Assembly (NCBI GenBank): GCA_021205365.1
Contig: JAJPXP010000049.1
Span: 11,495 to 75,494, forward strand
Source of the DNA: Clostridia bacterium
GTDB taxonomy: Bacteria > Bacillota > Clostridia > Oscillospirales > Butyricicoccaceae
DNA length: 64,000 bases
Reading direction: 5' to 3'
Shown: positions 37,168-46,396 of the stretch, in pieces
Position numbering within the stretch: the first letter of the stretch is position 1
Layout of the letters: each line of letters opens with the position of its first letter
Notes under the pieces: model-generated
Databases searched by the model: none
What the model was told of the DNA's origin: nothing
What the model saw: only the letters and a program-made list of their open reading frames with translations
Program-made: the position numbers and the translations under genes

Positions 37168-37200
37168 ACGGCCATCCGAAAGGATGGCTGTTTTGTTTTT
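37168..37200 (+). terminator. Intrinsic terminator about 190 nt downstream of the dnaI-like gene
   Basis: GCCATCC-gaaa-GGATGGC followed by TGTTTTGTTTTT. Confidence 0.75.
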
Positions 37201-37363
37201 CAAACATGTTCATTGCGTAAAAATCCATAGTATATTCTCCTTTCTGAGGGAGGTTTTGAGCGGATTCCCACATCAAAGATAGATATTCTTCTTTCCAATA
37301 TACCTGAAACCTGATATAATGGATAAGTAGAATTCATTCTTTCCGTTTTTCGGAGGTTTTCTT

Positions 37364-38458
37364 ATGCCTAATATCATCCATGCAGCCGATTTTCATATCG
37401 GTGCAAAATTTGATTTTCTTCCGTCAGAGCGTGCCGCGCAGGCAGTAAAGCTGCAGCTGAAAGCATTGCAAGCTCTCGTTACATATGCGGCAGAGTCTGC
37501 GGCAGATGTTGTACTGATTGCCGGGGATCTGTTCGATACGCCAGATATACGCCCACAGATTTCCTCTGCGGTCTTTGCATTGCTAGCAAAATGCCCCTGC
37601 CCGATTTTCCTTTCTCCGGGAAATCATGACTATTATCATGCCGGAAGCCCCTATGTAACCCAGCCTCTGCCGTCCAACCTGCATGTATTTACGTCCCGTA
37701 CACTGGAACCGTATGTGCTGGATGACGGGGAAACCGTGATCTGGGGCGCAGCCTTTCAGGACAACAAAGCATCCATTTCATTGGATGCACCGCTCAATCC
37801 GGCTAAACTAAATATCTGTCTGGTTCATGGTGAGCTTGGCGGCACCGGCGGCTACAACTCGCTTTCTGAAAGTGCCGTTATCAGCAGCCGTTTCGATTAC
37901 ATTGCTTTGGGTCATAACCATCGTTTCAGCGGCGTTTTCCGCATTGGTCAGACAGCGCTGAGTTGTCCGGGCTGTTTCTCCGCTACCGCTTCCAATGAAA
38001 CCGGTATCAAGGGCTATCTCGCCGGTAAGCTGGAAAAAGGCAATGCTGCTTTGACCTTCCATGCATCTGAAGCCACAGAATTTGTAGAAATTTCTGTCCC
38101 TATGACCGGCATCCATGATGATACCTCTTTGGGAGAAACGCTGCTGCCACTGCTGCCAACTCCCCCAAACCGTATCTGCCTGACTGTCCATCTGACCGGG
38201 ACCCGTATGTATGAGCCAAACCTTTCTGCACTGACCCGTTCCCTGCGGCATTCCTTTTTCCATGCACTGGTGATAGATGAATCCGCAGCTATGCAGGATT
38301 TATACCGTTATAAAAATGATGACGATCTGCGTGGTACCGTTACCCGCGATTTTATGAGCCGCATGGAACGCTGCGGCAATGATGAACGTTCTTATGCCAA
38401 GCTGACGCTTGCGCTGGAATATGCCCTTGCTGCACTGGATGGCAGGGAATTGGACTAA
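37364..38458 (+). CDS. SbcD/YhaO-like metallophosphoesterase (DNA repair exonuclease family)
   Basis: Motifs HAADFHIG, IAGDLFD, GNHD and GHNH. Confidence 0.75.
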   Translation: MPNIIHAADFHIGAKFDFLPSERAAQAVKLQLKALQALVTYAAESAADVVLIAGDLFDTPDIRPQISSAVFALLAKCPCPIFLSPGNHDYYHAGSPYVTQPLPSNLHVFTSRTLEPYVLDDGETVIWGAAFQDNKASISLDAPLNPAKLNICLVHGELGGTGGYNSLSESAVISSRFDYIALGHNHRFSGVFRIGQTALSCPGCFSATASNETGIKGYLAGKLEKGNAALTFHASEATEFVEISVPMTGIHDDTSLGETLLPLLPTPPNRICLTVHLTGTRMYEPNLSALTRSLRHSFFHALVIDESAAMQDLYRYKNDDDLRGTVTRDFMSRMERCGNDERSYAKLTLALEYALAALDGRELD

Positions 38459-38467
38459 TCCGGAGGT

Positions 38468-39379
38468 TTGTTGATGCAAAAACACTCCAAAGCATTTCTT
38501 GTCCGTGTTATCCTGACCATTCTGATTGTCCTTTGCTGCATCCGGCAGTTCATGAACGATGCATTTGAAAATGTGTTCACCTGTATTCTCTGCCTTGCAC
38601 TATTCTGTGTACCAAATTTAATCAGCAAGCGTTTTTCCATTCAGATTCCCACCTTTCTGCAGGCTATGATTATGATTTTTATCTTTTCCGCAGAAATCCT
38701 GGGGGAAGTGAATGCTTATTATGTCAAGGTTCCCATGTGGGATACCATGCTGCATACCATCAACGGTTTTCTGATGGCAGCCATCGGATTTTCCCTTGTC
38801 GACGTATTCAACCGCAGCGAACGTTTTCTGGTCAAGCTGTCCCCTGTTTTTGTTGCCATTGTAGCATTCTGCTTTTCCATGACAATTGGTGTCCTATGGG
38901 AATTTTTTGAGTTTGGCATGGATATGCTGTTTCATACAGATATGCAGAAAGACTTTTTCGTCAATACAATCCATTCGGTAGCACTCAATCCGAGCGGCGC
39001 CAATACACCACTCCATATAGCAGTCGAGGAATTGATTGTCAACGGCGAGGACTGGACAGCTGCATATGGCGGATATCTAGATATCGGTTTGATCGATACC
39101 ATGAAGGATTTGTTTGTCAATTTCATCGGTGCTGTTGTATTTTCATTCATTGGATATTTTTACGTAAAACAGCGCGGACGCAAAAAAAGTGTTGCGGCTA
39201 AGCTGATTCCCACGGTTGCTCGTGATGACGATGATACACTAGACAATTTCGGCAATCTGCTGAGCAAAAAGGAAACATATGAACTGGCACATGACACCAC
39301 AAAACATGCGGAACGTCTATTGTACCAGCATTCCTACAGCAGTATGCATCAGGAACACGCCGAAAAGATGAAAAAATAA
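38468..39379 (+). CDS. Integral membrane protein (YjdF/DUF2238-like, tentative)
   Basis: Five to six TM segments and a charged C-terminal tail. Starts 10 nt after the preceding gene. Confidence 0.5.
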   Translation: MLMQKHSKAFLVRVILTILIVLCCIRQFMNDAFENVFTCILCLALFCVPNLISKRFSIQIPTFLQAMIMIFIFSAEILGEVNAYYVKVPMWDTMLHTINGFLMAAIGFSLVDVFNRSERFLVKLSPVFVAIVAFCFSMTIGVLWEFFEFGMDMLFHTDMQKDFFVNTIHSVALNPSGANTPLHIAVEELIVNGEDWTAAYGGYLDIGLIDTMKDLFVNFIGAVVFSFIGYFYVKQRGRKKSVAAKLIPTVARDDDDTLDNFGNLLSKKETYELAHDTTKHAERLLYQHSYSSMHQEHAEKMKK

Positions 39380-39425
39380 CCAGTAAAAAAGACGGATGAA
39401 GCAAATGCTTCATCCGTCTTCTGTT

Positions 39426-39848
39426 TTATGTCGCATTCACATGCAGCAGCAATGTATACAGCCGCAGCTGCTCAAAAGTCTCCTGGCTGATCGTGTCGCC
39501 GAGCTTTTGCGCTTCCTCCTTTGCTGTCCTTTTATTGACGCCGGCTTTCATCAGCAATTTCTGAAAATAATTCCGGCGGTCATATACTTGAGCTGCCTTT
39601 TTCTTGCCAGCCTCAGTCAGGCGAATGCACCCATTCTTGTCAATTTTTGCATCAGCAGCTTTTTTCATCAGCCCAGCAGCAAATTTCACATGTTTCCCGG
39701 GTTCGTCAAGATATTCCGCGACATCATCCAATGAAACAGCATCCTTTGCCTGTGTTAGGGCAAAAACCGCTTCCAAATAGCTTTTATAGCTATGTTTTCC
39801 AAGCTTTTTCATCATCCTGCGTGTCTTTTTGCCAGCCTGTTTATCCAT
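39426..39848 (-). CDS. DtxR/MntR-like winged-helix regulator (140 aa)
   Basis: Layout SYLEAVFAL..VSLDDVAEYL..IRLTEAGKKKAAQVYDRRNYFQKLL..GV..AKEEAQKLGDTISQET matches the N-terminal and dimerisation halves of iron/manganese-dependent repressors. Confidence 0.55.
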   Translation of the reverse strand: MDKQAGKKTRRMMKKLGKHSYKSYLEAVFALTQAKDAVSLDDVAEYLDEPGKHVKFAAGLMKKAADAKIDKNGCIRLTEAGKKKAAQVYDRRNYFQKLLMKAGVNKRTAKEEAQKLGDTISQETFEQLRLYTLLLHVNAT

Positions 39849-40105
39849 GCTTCCCGGCTGTAGTCATCCTGCTTGTCCTCCGGCACAAGTTCCTTCGCGG
39901 ACAATGCACCAAACATACTGTCAATGGAAACACCATACAGTTCACTGAGCACAAAGCAGTCGTACGCGCTCGGTGCATCCGTACCATTTTCCCAAGCTTC
40001 CACTATATTGATATCGCCGTCAAAATACTGCGCGACCTTTTCCATCGAATAACCTGCATCCTCACGGAGCTTTTTCAACATCTTTGCAACATGATTTTCA
40101 TGCAT
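39812..40105 (-). CDS. XRE-family helix-turn-helix protein (97 aa)
   Basis: HTH_3 pattern LKKLREDAGYSMEKVAQYF..IVEAWENG. Its 3' end overlaps the next ORF by 37 nt. Confidence 0.7.
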   Translation of the reverse strand: MHENHVAKMLKKLREDAGYSMEKVAQYFDGDINIVEAWENGTDAPSAYDCFVLSELYGVSIDSMFGALSAKELVPEDKQDDYSREAWINRLAKRHAG

Positions 40106-40203
40106 AATCGTATCCTTCTTTCAAGTCGTTTTTGTTAACACATTTACTAATTTCGTTAGCTAATATGGTAAAATTTTCACCTGCAAACTGCAGGTTACTT
40201 TTT

Positions 40204-40623
40204 TTATTGCCAATATATATCTCTCAGCTTTTTCTGGATTCTAATATAGGCCATTGCATCATCCGGGCCGAGCTTCTCCAGCATCCTTGCAAACACTTCC
40301 AGCATTTCCTTATGGTCTTCTTTTACTTTTTCTATGCCTTTTTCTGTCAGCCGGACAACGATCTGACGATTATCATAGGCATCCACCGTCCGGGTAATCA
40401 TCCCCTGCTGCTCCAGCTTTCGCAAAATAACAGCAATTCTCGCTGTGCTCACGGTCATCCCCTGGCTCAGCTCCTTTGGATAGGCTTCATTATGATGGGC
40501 TGACAGGAAGTGCAGGGCAAAGTTCTCACCCTTTCCTATTTTATCCATTTTTTGCTCCACTCTATGCCGCGGCATCGTTGCCAGCAGGTGGAGCAGCTCT
40601 GCTGCTAGTTCATAATAATCCAT
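40204..40623 (-). CDS. MarR family transcriptional regulator
   Basis: Segment LSQGMTVSTARIAVILRKLEQQGMITRTVDAYDNRQIVVRLTEKG. Confidence 0.8.
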   Translation of the reverse strand: MDYYELAAELLHLLATMPRHRVEQKMDKIGKGENFALHFLSAHHNEAYPKELSQGMTVSTARIAVILRKLEQQGMITRTVDAYDNRQIVVRLTEKGIEKVKEDHKEMLEVFARMLEKLGPDDAMAYIRIQKKLRDIYWQ

Positions 40624-40736
40624 ATCTCATTCCCCTAACGAAATTAGCTATCTTTGTTAGCAATTATACACGCACTCTGCCAGCTTGTCAACCATTTTTA
40701 TAAAAAAACAGACCGGATTTTCCGATCTGTTTCTAT

Positions 40737-41561
40737 TTACAGCGTTCCCTGCAAGCAATCCAGCAGTTCTGTCATCGTTCTGCGGTAAACCGGATGTACA
40801 AAATACGGTGCAATCTGCACCATAGGCTTCAGCACAAAATCCCGCTTCGGAATTTCCGGATGTGGAATATGCAGTGTTTCATCAGAGAAAACCAGATCAT
40901 CATAAAAGAGAATATCCAGATCGAGCGTTCTCGGCCCCCAATGGATAATGCGTTCCCGGTTTGCTGCCTGTTCGATTGCATGCAGCGCATCCAGCAGCTC
41001 ATGAGGCGGCAGCAGAGTCTTGAGGCACAATGCGGCATTGAGAAAATCATCCTGTTCCACGCCGCCATAAGGTGCAGTCTCAATATAATCCGATACAGCG
41101 CCCACACGCATATTCTCATTGCATTTCAATGCATTCACCGCGCCATCCAAATATGCTTGCCTATCTCCCATATTCGATCCAAGTGCAACATATGCGGTAT
41201 GCCATCCCCGCTCCATGCTGACAGATGCCGTTTTCAATGGCAGGCCGATCGGAGCCCATGGCTTTTCAATTTCCATGCGGATGCTTTCCAGCAACGGCAG
41301 TTTTTTCAACAGATGTGCGCTCAATTGTTCTGCCGCAGTTTCCAGCAGCTGGAAGGTATGCTGCGTCAGAAAACTCTGGATCTCCGTGCATACTGCGCCA
41401 TAATCCATGGACAGCTGCAAGTTATCCGTCAGCCCTGCTTTGCGTAAATCCGCACGCAGATCCGCACTGACGACAAACTTTTGCCCCAAACGGTTTTCCT
41501 CTGGAAAAACGCCATGATGGGCAAAAACCTCCAGCTGCTTGATATGGATTTCATCCATCAT
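40737..41561 (-). CDS. folBK: Bifunctional dihydroneopterin aldolase / HPPK
   Basis: FolB half IKQLEVFAHHGVFPEENRLGQKFVV. FolK half AYVALGSNMGDR..HWGPRTLDLDILFYDD. Confidence 0.88.
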   Translation of the reverse strand: MMDEIHIKQLEVFAHHGVFPEENRLGQKFVVSADLRADLRKAGLTDNLQLSMDYGAVCTEIQSFLTQHTFQLLETAAEQLSAHLLKKLPLLESIRMEIEKPWAPIGLPLKTASVSMERGWHTAYVALGSNMGDRQAYLDGAVNALKCNENMRVGAVSDYIETAPYGGVEQDDFLNAALCLKTLLPPHELLDALHAIEQAANRERIIHWGPRTLDLDILFYDDLVFSDETLHIPHPEIPKRDFVLKPMVQIAPYFVHPVYRRTMTELLDCLQGTL

Positions 41562-42376
41562 ACCTTCCCCCCTGACTGCAGGATTGCCTGTGTCATATCG
41601 ACTGCCCGGCGGTTGCCCAATACATTGTGTACACGCACAAACATGCAGCCCTTCATAACTCCCATAACAGTTGTCGCGATTGTACCTTCCTCACGCTGGT
41701 CAGCAGGCAAATCCAGAGTCTTGCCAATCATAGACTTACGTGAAGTGCCCAGCAGGATTGGATATCCCAGCTCATGCATGATTTCCAGCCGGTTGGTCAG
41801 AATCAAATTGTGTTCCAGTGTCTTGCCAAATCCAATGCCCGGGTCAAGGATAATCTTTTCCTCTGCAATGCCTGCGGCCTTTGCCAGACGCACACATTCG
41901 CGCAGATCATTCCGTACATCCGGCAGGTAATCATCATATACAGCTTCCTTTCGGTTGTGCATCAGACAGCATGGCACCCCGGCTTCCGCAATGACGCCAG
42001 CCATATCCGGGTCATATTTCAATCCCCAGATATCATTCACAAGGTCCGCGCCCGCAGCCAGTGCGGCCTTTGCCACACGGCTCTTATAGGTATCAACAGA
42101 AACCGGAATGTCAAAGTTCTTCTTGACCGCTTCTATTGCCGGCACTACACGGGAAATTTCCTCTTCATCCGGTAGCAGCGTATAGCCCGGACGGGTGGAT
42201 TCTCCACCGATATCGAGAATATCTGCGCCATCTGCAATCATTTCCTCCGCATGCTTTAACGCCGCATCCATATTGTTCCATTTTCCGCCATCGGAAAAGG
42301 AATCCGGTGTCACATTCAAAATACCCATCACATAGGTTTTTCCTGTTGTCTCAAACTGTCTTCCGCCAATAATCAT
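41558..42376 (-). CDS. folP: Dihydropteroate synthase
   Basis: Motifs GILNVTPDSFSDGG, DIGGESTRPG and GIGFGKT. Confidence 0.92.
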   Translation of the reverse strand: MIIGGRQFETTGKTYVMGILNVTPDSFSDGGKWNNMDAALKHAEEMIADGADILDIGGESTRPGYTLLPDEEEISRVVPAIEAVKKNFDIPVSVDTYKSRVAKAALAAGADLVNDIWGLKYDPDMAGVIAEAGVPCCLMHNRKEAVYDDYLPDVRNDLRECVRLAKAAGIAEEKIILDPGIGFGKTLEHNLILTNRLEIMHELGYPILLGTSRKSMIGKTLDLPADQREEGTIATTVMGVMKGCMFVRVHNVLGNRRAVDMTQAILQSGGKV

Positions 42377-42394
42377 TGCAATATATCCTTTCTA

Positions 42395-42883
42395 TTAGAG
42401 CAAAACCGTATGATTTCTGCGTTCCTCCGGCCAGTAACAGGTATCCTTGGCCGGGCAGGTAAAGCACATCCGGCTTGCTTCATCTGCTTCAAAAAGTATC
42501 TGTGCCAGGCTGTCCGGCGCTGCCCCTGTCTGATGCCGTCCAATGGCATACAGGATTTCTTCCTGCTCCTGCTCTGTAAATGCAGTTTCCCGCAAAATGT
42601 CTTTTGCCATTGCTACGCCGGCTTCCGCATGCGGTTCCCCGGTTGTGTACTGCTTCAACCGTCCCAAATCATGCAGCAGGGCCGCGGCATAAATCACATC
42701 CTTTGGATAAGGAGCTTTCCGTTCCACTGCCAGAAGGGCCGCTATCCGTGCCACATCCAGCAGATGCGGCAAGCCATGCCTGCAGTAAACACGGTCACGC
42801 TCCAGTTCTTCTATTTTCCATAAGCTGTCACAATAAAACGGATTGTGCAGCAAAGGCTGAATGCGTTCCATCTCCTGTATCAT
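42395..42883 (-). CDS. HD-domain phosphohydrolase embedded in the folate operon
   Basis: Motifs HGLPHLLDVA and AALLHDLGR. Cys-rich C-terminus CFTCPAKDTCYW. Coupled to the flanking genes with 4-nt and 19-nt gaps. Confidence 0.75.
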   Translation of the reverse strand: MIQEMERIQPLLHNPFYCDSLWKIEELERDRVYCRHGLPHLLDVARIAALLAVERKAPYPKDVIYAAALLHDLGRLKQYTTGEPHAEAGVAMAKDILRETAFTEQEQEEILYAIGRHQTGAAPDSLAQILFEADEASRMCFTCPAKDTCYWPEERRNHTVLL

Positions 42884-44625
42884 GCCTGTCCCTCCACTGC
42901 ATCCCGCAGCTCATGCAGCCAGGAAAGTGAACCAAATGCCAGAACCGGCCTGTCTTCTGCTGATTTTTTTGCCAGTTCCAATGCTTGCTGCACATTGTCC
43001 GCCGGTGTCACATCTGTACAGAATGCCCGCAGGCACTCTGCCAGCTGCTCCGCTTCCAACGCCCGCGGATTGCGCGGCGTTACGGTGATAATTTTCCGTG
43101 CCATCGGCGCCATCAATCGTCCAACCTCGGTAAAATCCTTATCTGCCAGCACACCCACAATTTCTACCAGATCTCCTTCCGGCCAGCGTCGTTTCGCTTC
43201 TTCCTGCAAACGTTTCGCTGCATTGGGATTGTGCGCACCATCTATCACAATGACCGGATGATCGCAAATCTGCTCCATCCGTCCATGCCACCGGACATTT
43301 TGCAATCCGGTCCGGATGGCTTCTTCTGTGATTGAAAACTCCGTCAGCTGCTGCACCGCTGCAATTGCCGTGGCAGCATTGTCTGCCTGAAACAGTCCCG
43401 GCATGGAAACCGCCAGCTGCTTCCTCTCCTTGAAATCAAAGGTAATGCTGCGTGCATCCGTACTGGTTACCGTAATATCCTCTGGATGAACGATTGTCAG
43501 CATACTTTGCTGTTCCCGGCAAATGGCTGCAATGACCTGCTCTACATCGGCACTTTGCCCCTGTAAAACCACTGGAACATTCTGTTTGATGATGCCGCCC
43601 TTTGCCCATGCAATTTCTTCGATCGAATCTCCTAAAAACTTCATATGGTCCATGCCGATTGAAGTCAAAACACTGACTACTGTTGTTGAAATGATGTTGG
43701 TTGCATCCTCTCTGCCTCCCATGCCGCATTCTACAACAGCAATATCACATTCCTGCTGTGCCATCCAGCCAAAAGCAAGCACCGTTTCCAGTTCAAATGC
43801 AGTCGGTGCCGCACGCCCAGCCTCCTGCATCGCGTCGCAGACACTGCTCAGCCGTGTCATCCATGCGGCGTATGCTTCTCCGGAGATCATCTCGCCATTC
43901 ACCCGCCAGCATTCCCGTTCCTGAAACACTGCTGGTGATGTGTATGTTCCCACACGATAGCCTGCTGCCTGCAGGATGGAAGAAATCATTTCCAACGTCG
44001 AGCCTTTCCCATTTGTGCCTGCGATATGGACAATCGGATACCGGTTCTGCGGGTTTCCCAGCTTTTCCAAAACATCCTTCATCGGCTGCAAACCGAGGAC
44101 AATCCCCTTTTTCGCTGTCAGGCCAGCTATATATTCCCTTGCCTGCGCATAATCCATAGTTTTCCGCTGCAAGGTCATAAAGGTATACGGAATGGTTCCC
44201 CAAACATCTGTTTTTTCCGTCTGGATATACTGCCCGGCATCAAAATCAGGAAACCTAGTGTCCCCTTCAAATGCCTGATGAATTTCTGTCAGATACAATA
44301 CATCAGCCAACGGTAACGCTTCCTGATACAGCTGTGCACCGCCGCAGATAAAAACATCTCTGCCTGCTGCCTGCTCTAGCGCTTCTCCAAGGCTGGAAAC
44401 CGTTTTGCAATGCGGTTGATCGAAATTTTTTGTACTGGAAATAACAATTGTCTCCCGTCCTGGCAGAGGAAAACCAATTTCCTCATAGGTGCGTCTTCCC
44501 ATTACCATAACATGTCCCATTGTCAAGTCACGAAACCGATGCTTTTCTTCCGGGATATCCCATGGAATCCGCCCCTCATTTCCAATGATTTGATTTTCTG
44601 CATATGCGGCAATCAATGCAAGCAT
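42880..44625 (-). CDS. folA-folC: Dihydrofolate reductase fused in frame to folylpolyglutamate/dihydrofolate synthase
   Basis: Residues 1 to about 160 are DHFR (IIGNEGRIPWDIPEEKHRFRDLTMGHVMVMGRRTYE..FICGGAQLY). The sequence then runs straight into MDYAQAREYI..HIAGTNGKGST (Mur-ligase P-loop) with no stop codon. The start is uncertain: 44625, 44643 or 44703. Confidence 0.8.
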   Translation of the reverse strand: MLALIAAYAENQIIGNEGRIPWDIPEEKHRFRDLTMGHVMVMGRRTYEEIGFPLPGRETIVISSTKNFDQPHCKTVSSLGEALEQAAGRDVFICGGAQLYQEALPLADVLYLTEIHQAFEGDTRFPDFDAGQYIQTEKTDVWGTIPYTFMTLQRKTMDYAQAREYIAGLTAKKGIVLGLQPMKDVLEKLGNPQNRYPIVHIAGTNGKGSTLEMISSILQAAGYRVGTYTSPAVFQERECWRVNGEMISGEAYAAWMTRLSSVCDAMQEAGRAAPTAFELETVLAFGWMAQQECDIAVVECGMGGREDATNIISTTVVSVLTSIGMDHMKFLGDSIEEIAWAKGGIIKQNVPVVLQGQSADVEQVIAAICREQQSMLTIVHPEDITVTSTDARSITFDFKERKQLAVSMPGLFQADNAATAIAAVQQLTEFSITEEAIRTGLQNVRWHGRMEQICDHPVIVIDGAHNPNAAKRLQEEAKRRWPEGDLVEIVGVLADKDFTEVGRLMAPMARKIITVTPRNPRALEAEQLAECLRAFCTDVTPADNVQQALELAKKSAEDRPVLAFGSLSWLHELRDAVEGQA

Positions 44626-44825
44626 GCTGTTCTCCCCTGTCATTTTCTGTTCGTGTTTCTTAAGCATACCATATTTTCTTTCCCGTGACAAACCCAAATA
44701 CATCTTCTCCTGTTTATATGAGTTTTTTTGTTTTTGTTCTAAATTTCATTTTGTTTGCTTCCCCAAACGCGCGGAATTATGGTATACTGTTACCGGACCG
44801 CATCCGACAGACAGGAGGAGTTGAC

Positions 44826-45689
44826 ATGTCACAGATCAATGTCCCAGAGAAGTATCCGACCTGTTTTCGGGGCCGGCTTCCAGAGCTTACTTATGTCGGG
44901 AAACGGAAGAATGGAGATTCCTTTTCCCCTCCCCGCATCCTCCACAGCCATACAGATGTCGCTGAGCTTCTGCTAATTACCCAAGGGACTGCCAATTACA
45001 CTGTAGGTGAGCATCAGTATGTCGTCACCGAAGGGGATGTCATTGCCCTCAACGCAGGCGTGATGCATGATGAGGATGCCCGTCTGGCCGCCAATACCAC
45101 ATCGCTGCTGATCGGGCTCAAGCATATCCAGCTGTTTCATTTACCGGACAATGCATTGATTCCGAAAGAAGCCTGCCCTGTGTTGTCGTTAAAGGATTCG
45201 TTTCCCTTTGTTCAGAATACACTGGAGACCATTTATGCGCTCTTGAAAGAGGACAGGGTGCAATACGCGGAAACGTGCCAGCAGCTGACAGTTGCCCTTG
45301 TATCCCTGTTTGTTGAGCTGTACCGCCGTCACGCAGTCCCCACTGCTCCCGCTGGAAAGGGCGCCTTGCTGACAGACCGAATCCGTAAATATATTGATGA
45401 CCACTATAACGAAGAGGTTTCCCTGCAGGCTATCAGCGATGCCCTGCATGCCAATTCCTATTATCTGGCTCACGTTTTCAAGGAAAATACCGGGTATTCT
45501 CCCATGCAATATGCCATCCGGCTGCGTATTGGCAAGGCACAGGAGCTGCTGACCTATACAAATTATTCCGTCACCCAGATCGCCGGTATGGTAGGCTATG
45601 ACAATATCAGCCATTTCAATGCTATGTTTACCAAATATATCGGCATGGCCCCTGGCAAATACCGCAAAATCTCTGTTACAACAGAGTAA
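44826..45689 (+). CDS. AraC family transcriptional regulator (cupin + HTH)
   Basis: C-terminus SLQAISDALHANSYYLAHVFKENTGYSPMQY..TQIAGMVGYDNISHFNAMFTKYIGMAPGKYR. SD AGGAGGAG. Confidence 0.85.
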   Translation: MSQINVPEKYPTCFRGRLPELTYVGKRKNGDSFSPPRILHSHTDVAELLLITQGTANYTVGEHQYVVTEGDVIALNAGVMHDEDARLAANTTSLLIGLKHIQLFHLPDNALIPKEACPVLSLKDSFPFVQNTLETIYALLKEDRVQYAETCQQLTVALVSLFVELYRRHAVPTAPAGKGALLTDRIRKYIDDHYNEEVSLQAISDALHANSYYLAHVFKENTGYSPMQYAIRLRIGKAQELLTYTNYSVTQIAGMVGYDNISHFNAMFTKYIGMAPGKYRKISVTTE

Positions 45690-45738
45690 ACATAAAAAAC
45701 CCGCTGTTTTAAAACAGCAAGGAGGCATTATTTTTACT

Positions 45739-46275
45739 ATGAACACAATTGAATGCATTCAATCCCGCCGTAGTATCCGAAAGTTTACGGATAAGCCTGT
45801 ACCGCACGAGGTTCTGGAGGAAGTGATTGCAGCCGCAGCTTACGCACCTTCTTGGAAAAACACCCAGATTTCCCGTTACATCGCAGTAGAAGGCCGCGAG
45901 GCGATTGATGCTCTGGTTCAGGATTACGCACCGTTTAACAAACATACGGTTTCCACTGCACCGCTGCTGATCGTTCAAACCTTTATCAAGAACCGTTCCG
46001 GTTATGAGCGCGACGGTTCGTTCACCACAGACCGTGGTGATGGCTGGCAGATGTACGACTGCGGCATTGCTGCACAGACCTTCTGTCTGTCCGCACATGA
46101 GCATGGTCTCGGTACTGTCATTATGGGTATTTTTGACCGTCTGGCGCTGGAAAAGTATCTGAACATTCCGGAAGACCAGGAAATTGCAGCTCTGATTGCT
46201 GTCGGCTATCCGGATGAAGAGCCGAAGGCCCCACGCCGCAAAGATGTTGCAACACTGCTGTCCTATGCAGAGTAA
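45739..46275 (+). CDS. Nitroreductase family protein
   Basis: IQSRRSIRKFTDKPV start motif. About 178 aa. SD AAGGAGG. Confidence 0.8.
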   Translation: MNTIECIQSRRSIRKFTDKPVPHEVLEEVIAAAAYAPSWKNTQISRYIAVEGREAIDALVQDYAPFNKHTVSTAPLLIVQTFIKNRSGYERDGSFTTDRGDGWQMYDCGIAAQTFCLSAHEHGLGTVIMGIFDRLALEKYLNIPEDQEIAALIAVGYPDEEPKAPRRKDVATLLSYAE

Positions 46276-46295
46276 ACAATACTATATCTACATAT

Positions 46296-46345
46296 AAACA
46301 TGCTCCCTCCACCTGATTTCAGGCAGAGGGAGCATGTTTGTTATT
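46296..46345. terminator. Bidirectional terminator
   Basis: AAACATGCTCCCTC-16 nt-GAGGGAGCATGTTT. Confidence 0.7.
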
Positions 46346-46396
46346 TCAGATGAGTTTGAAAGATATGTGATAGGAGATATACCCTTATCCATTATG

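Noticed and set aside
44626-44825. Possible THF riboswitch ahead of the folate operon.
   Set aside because: The leader is short and AT-rich, and no recognisable conserved THF-riboswitch core or pseudoknot elements were seen.
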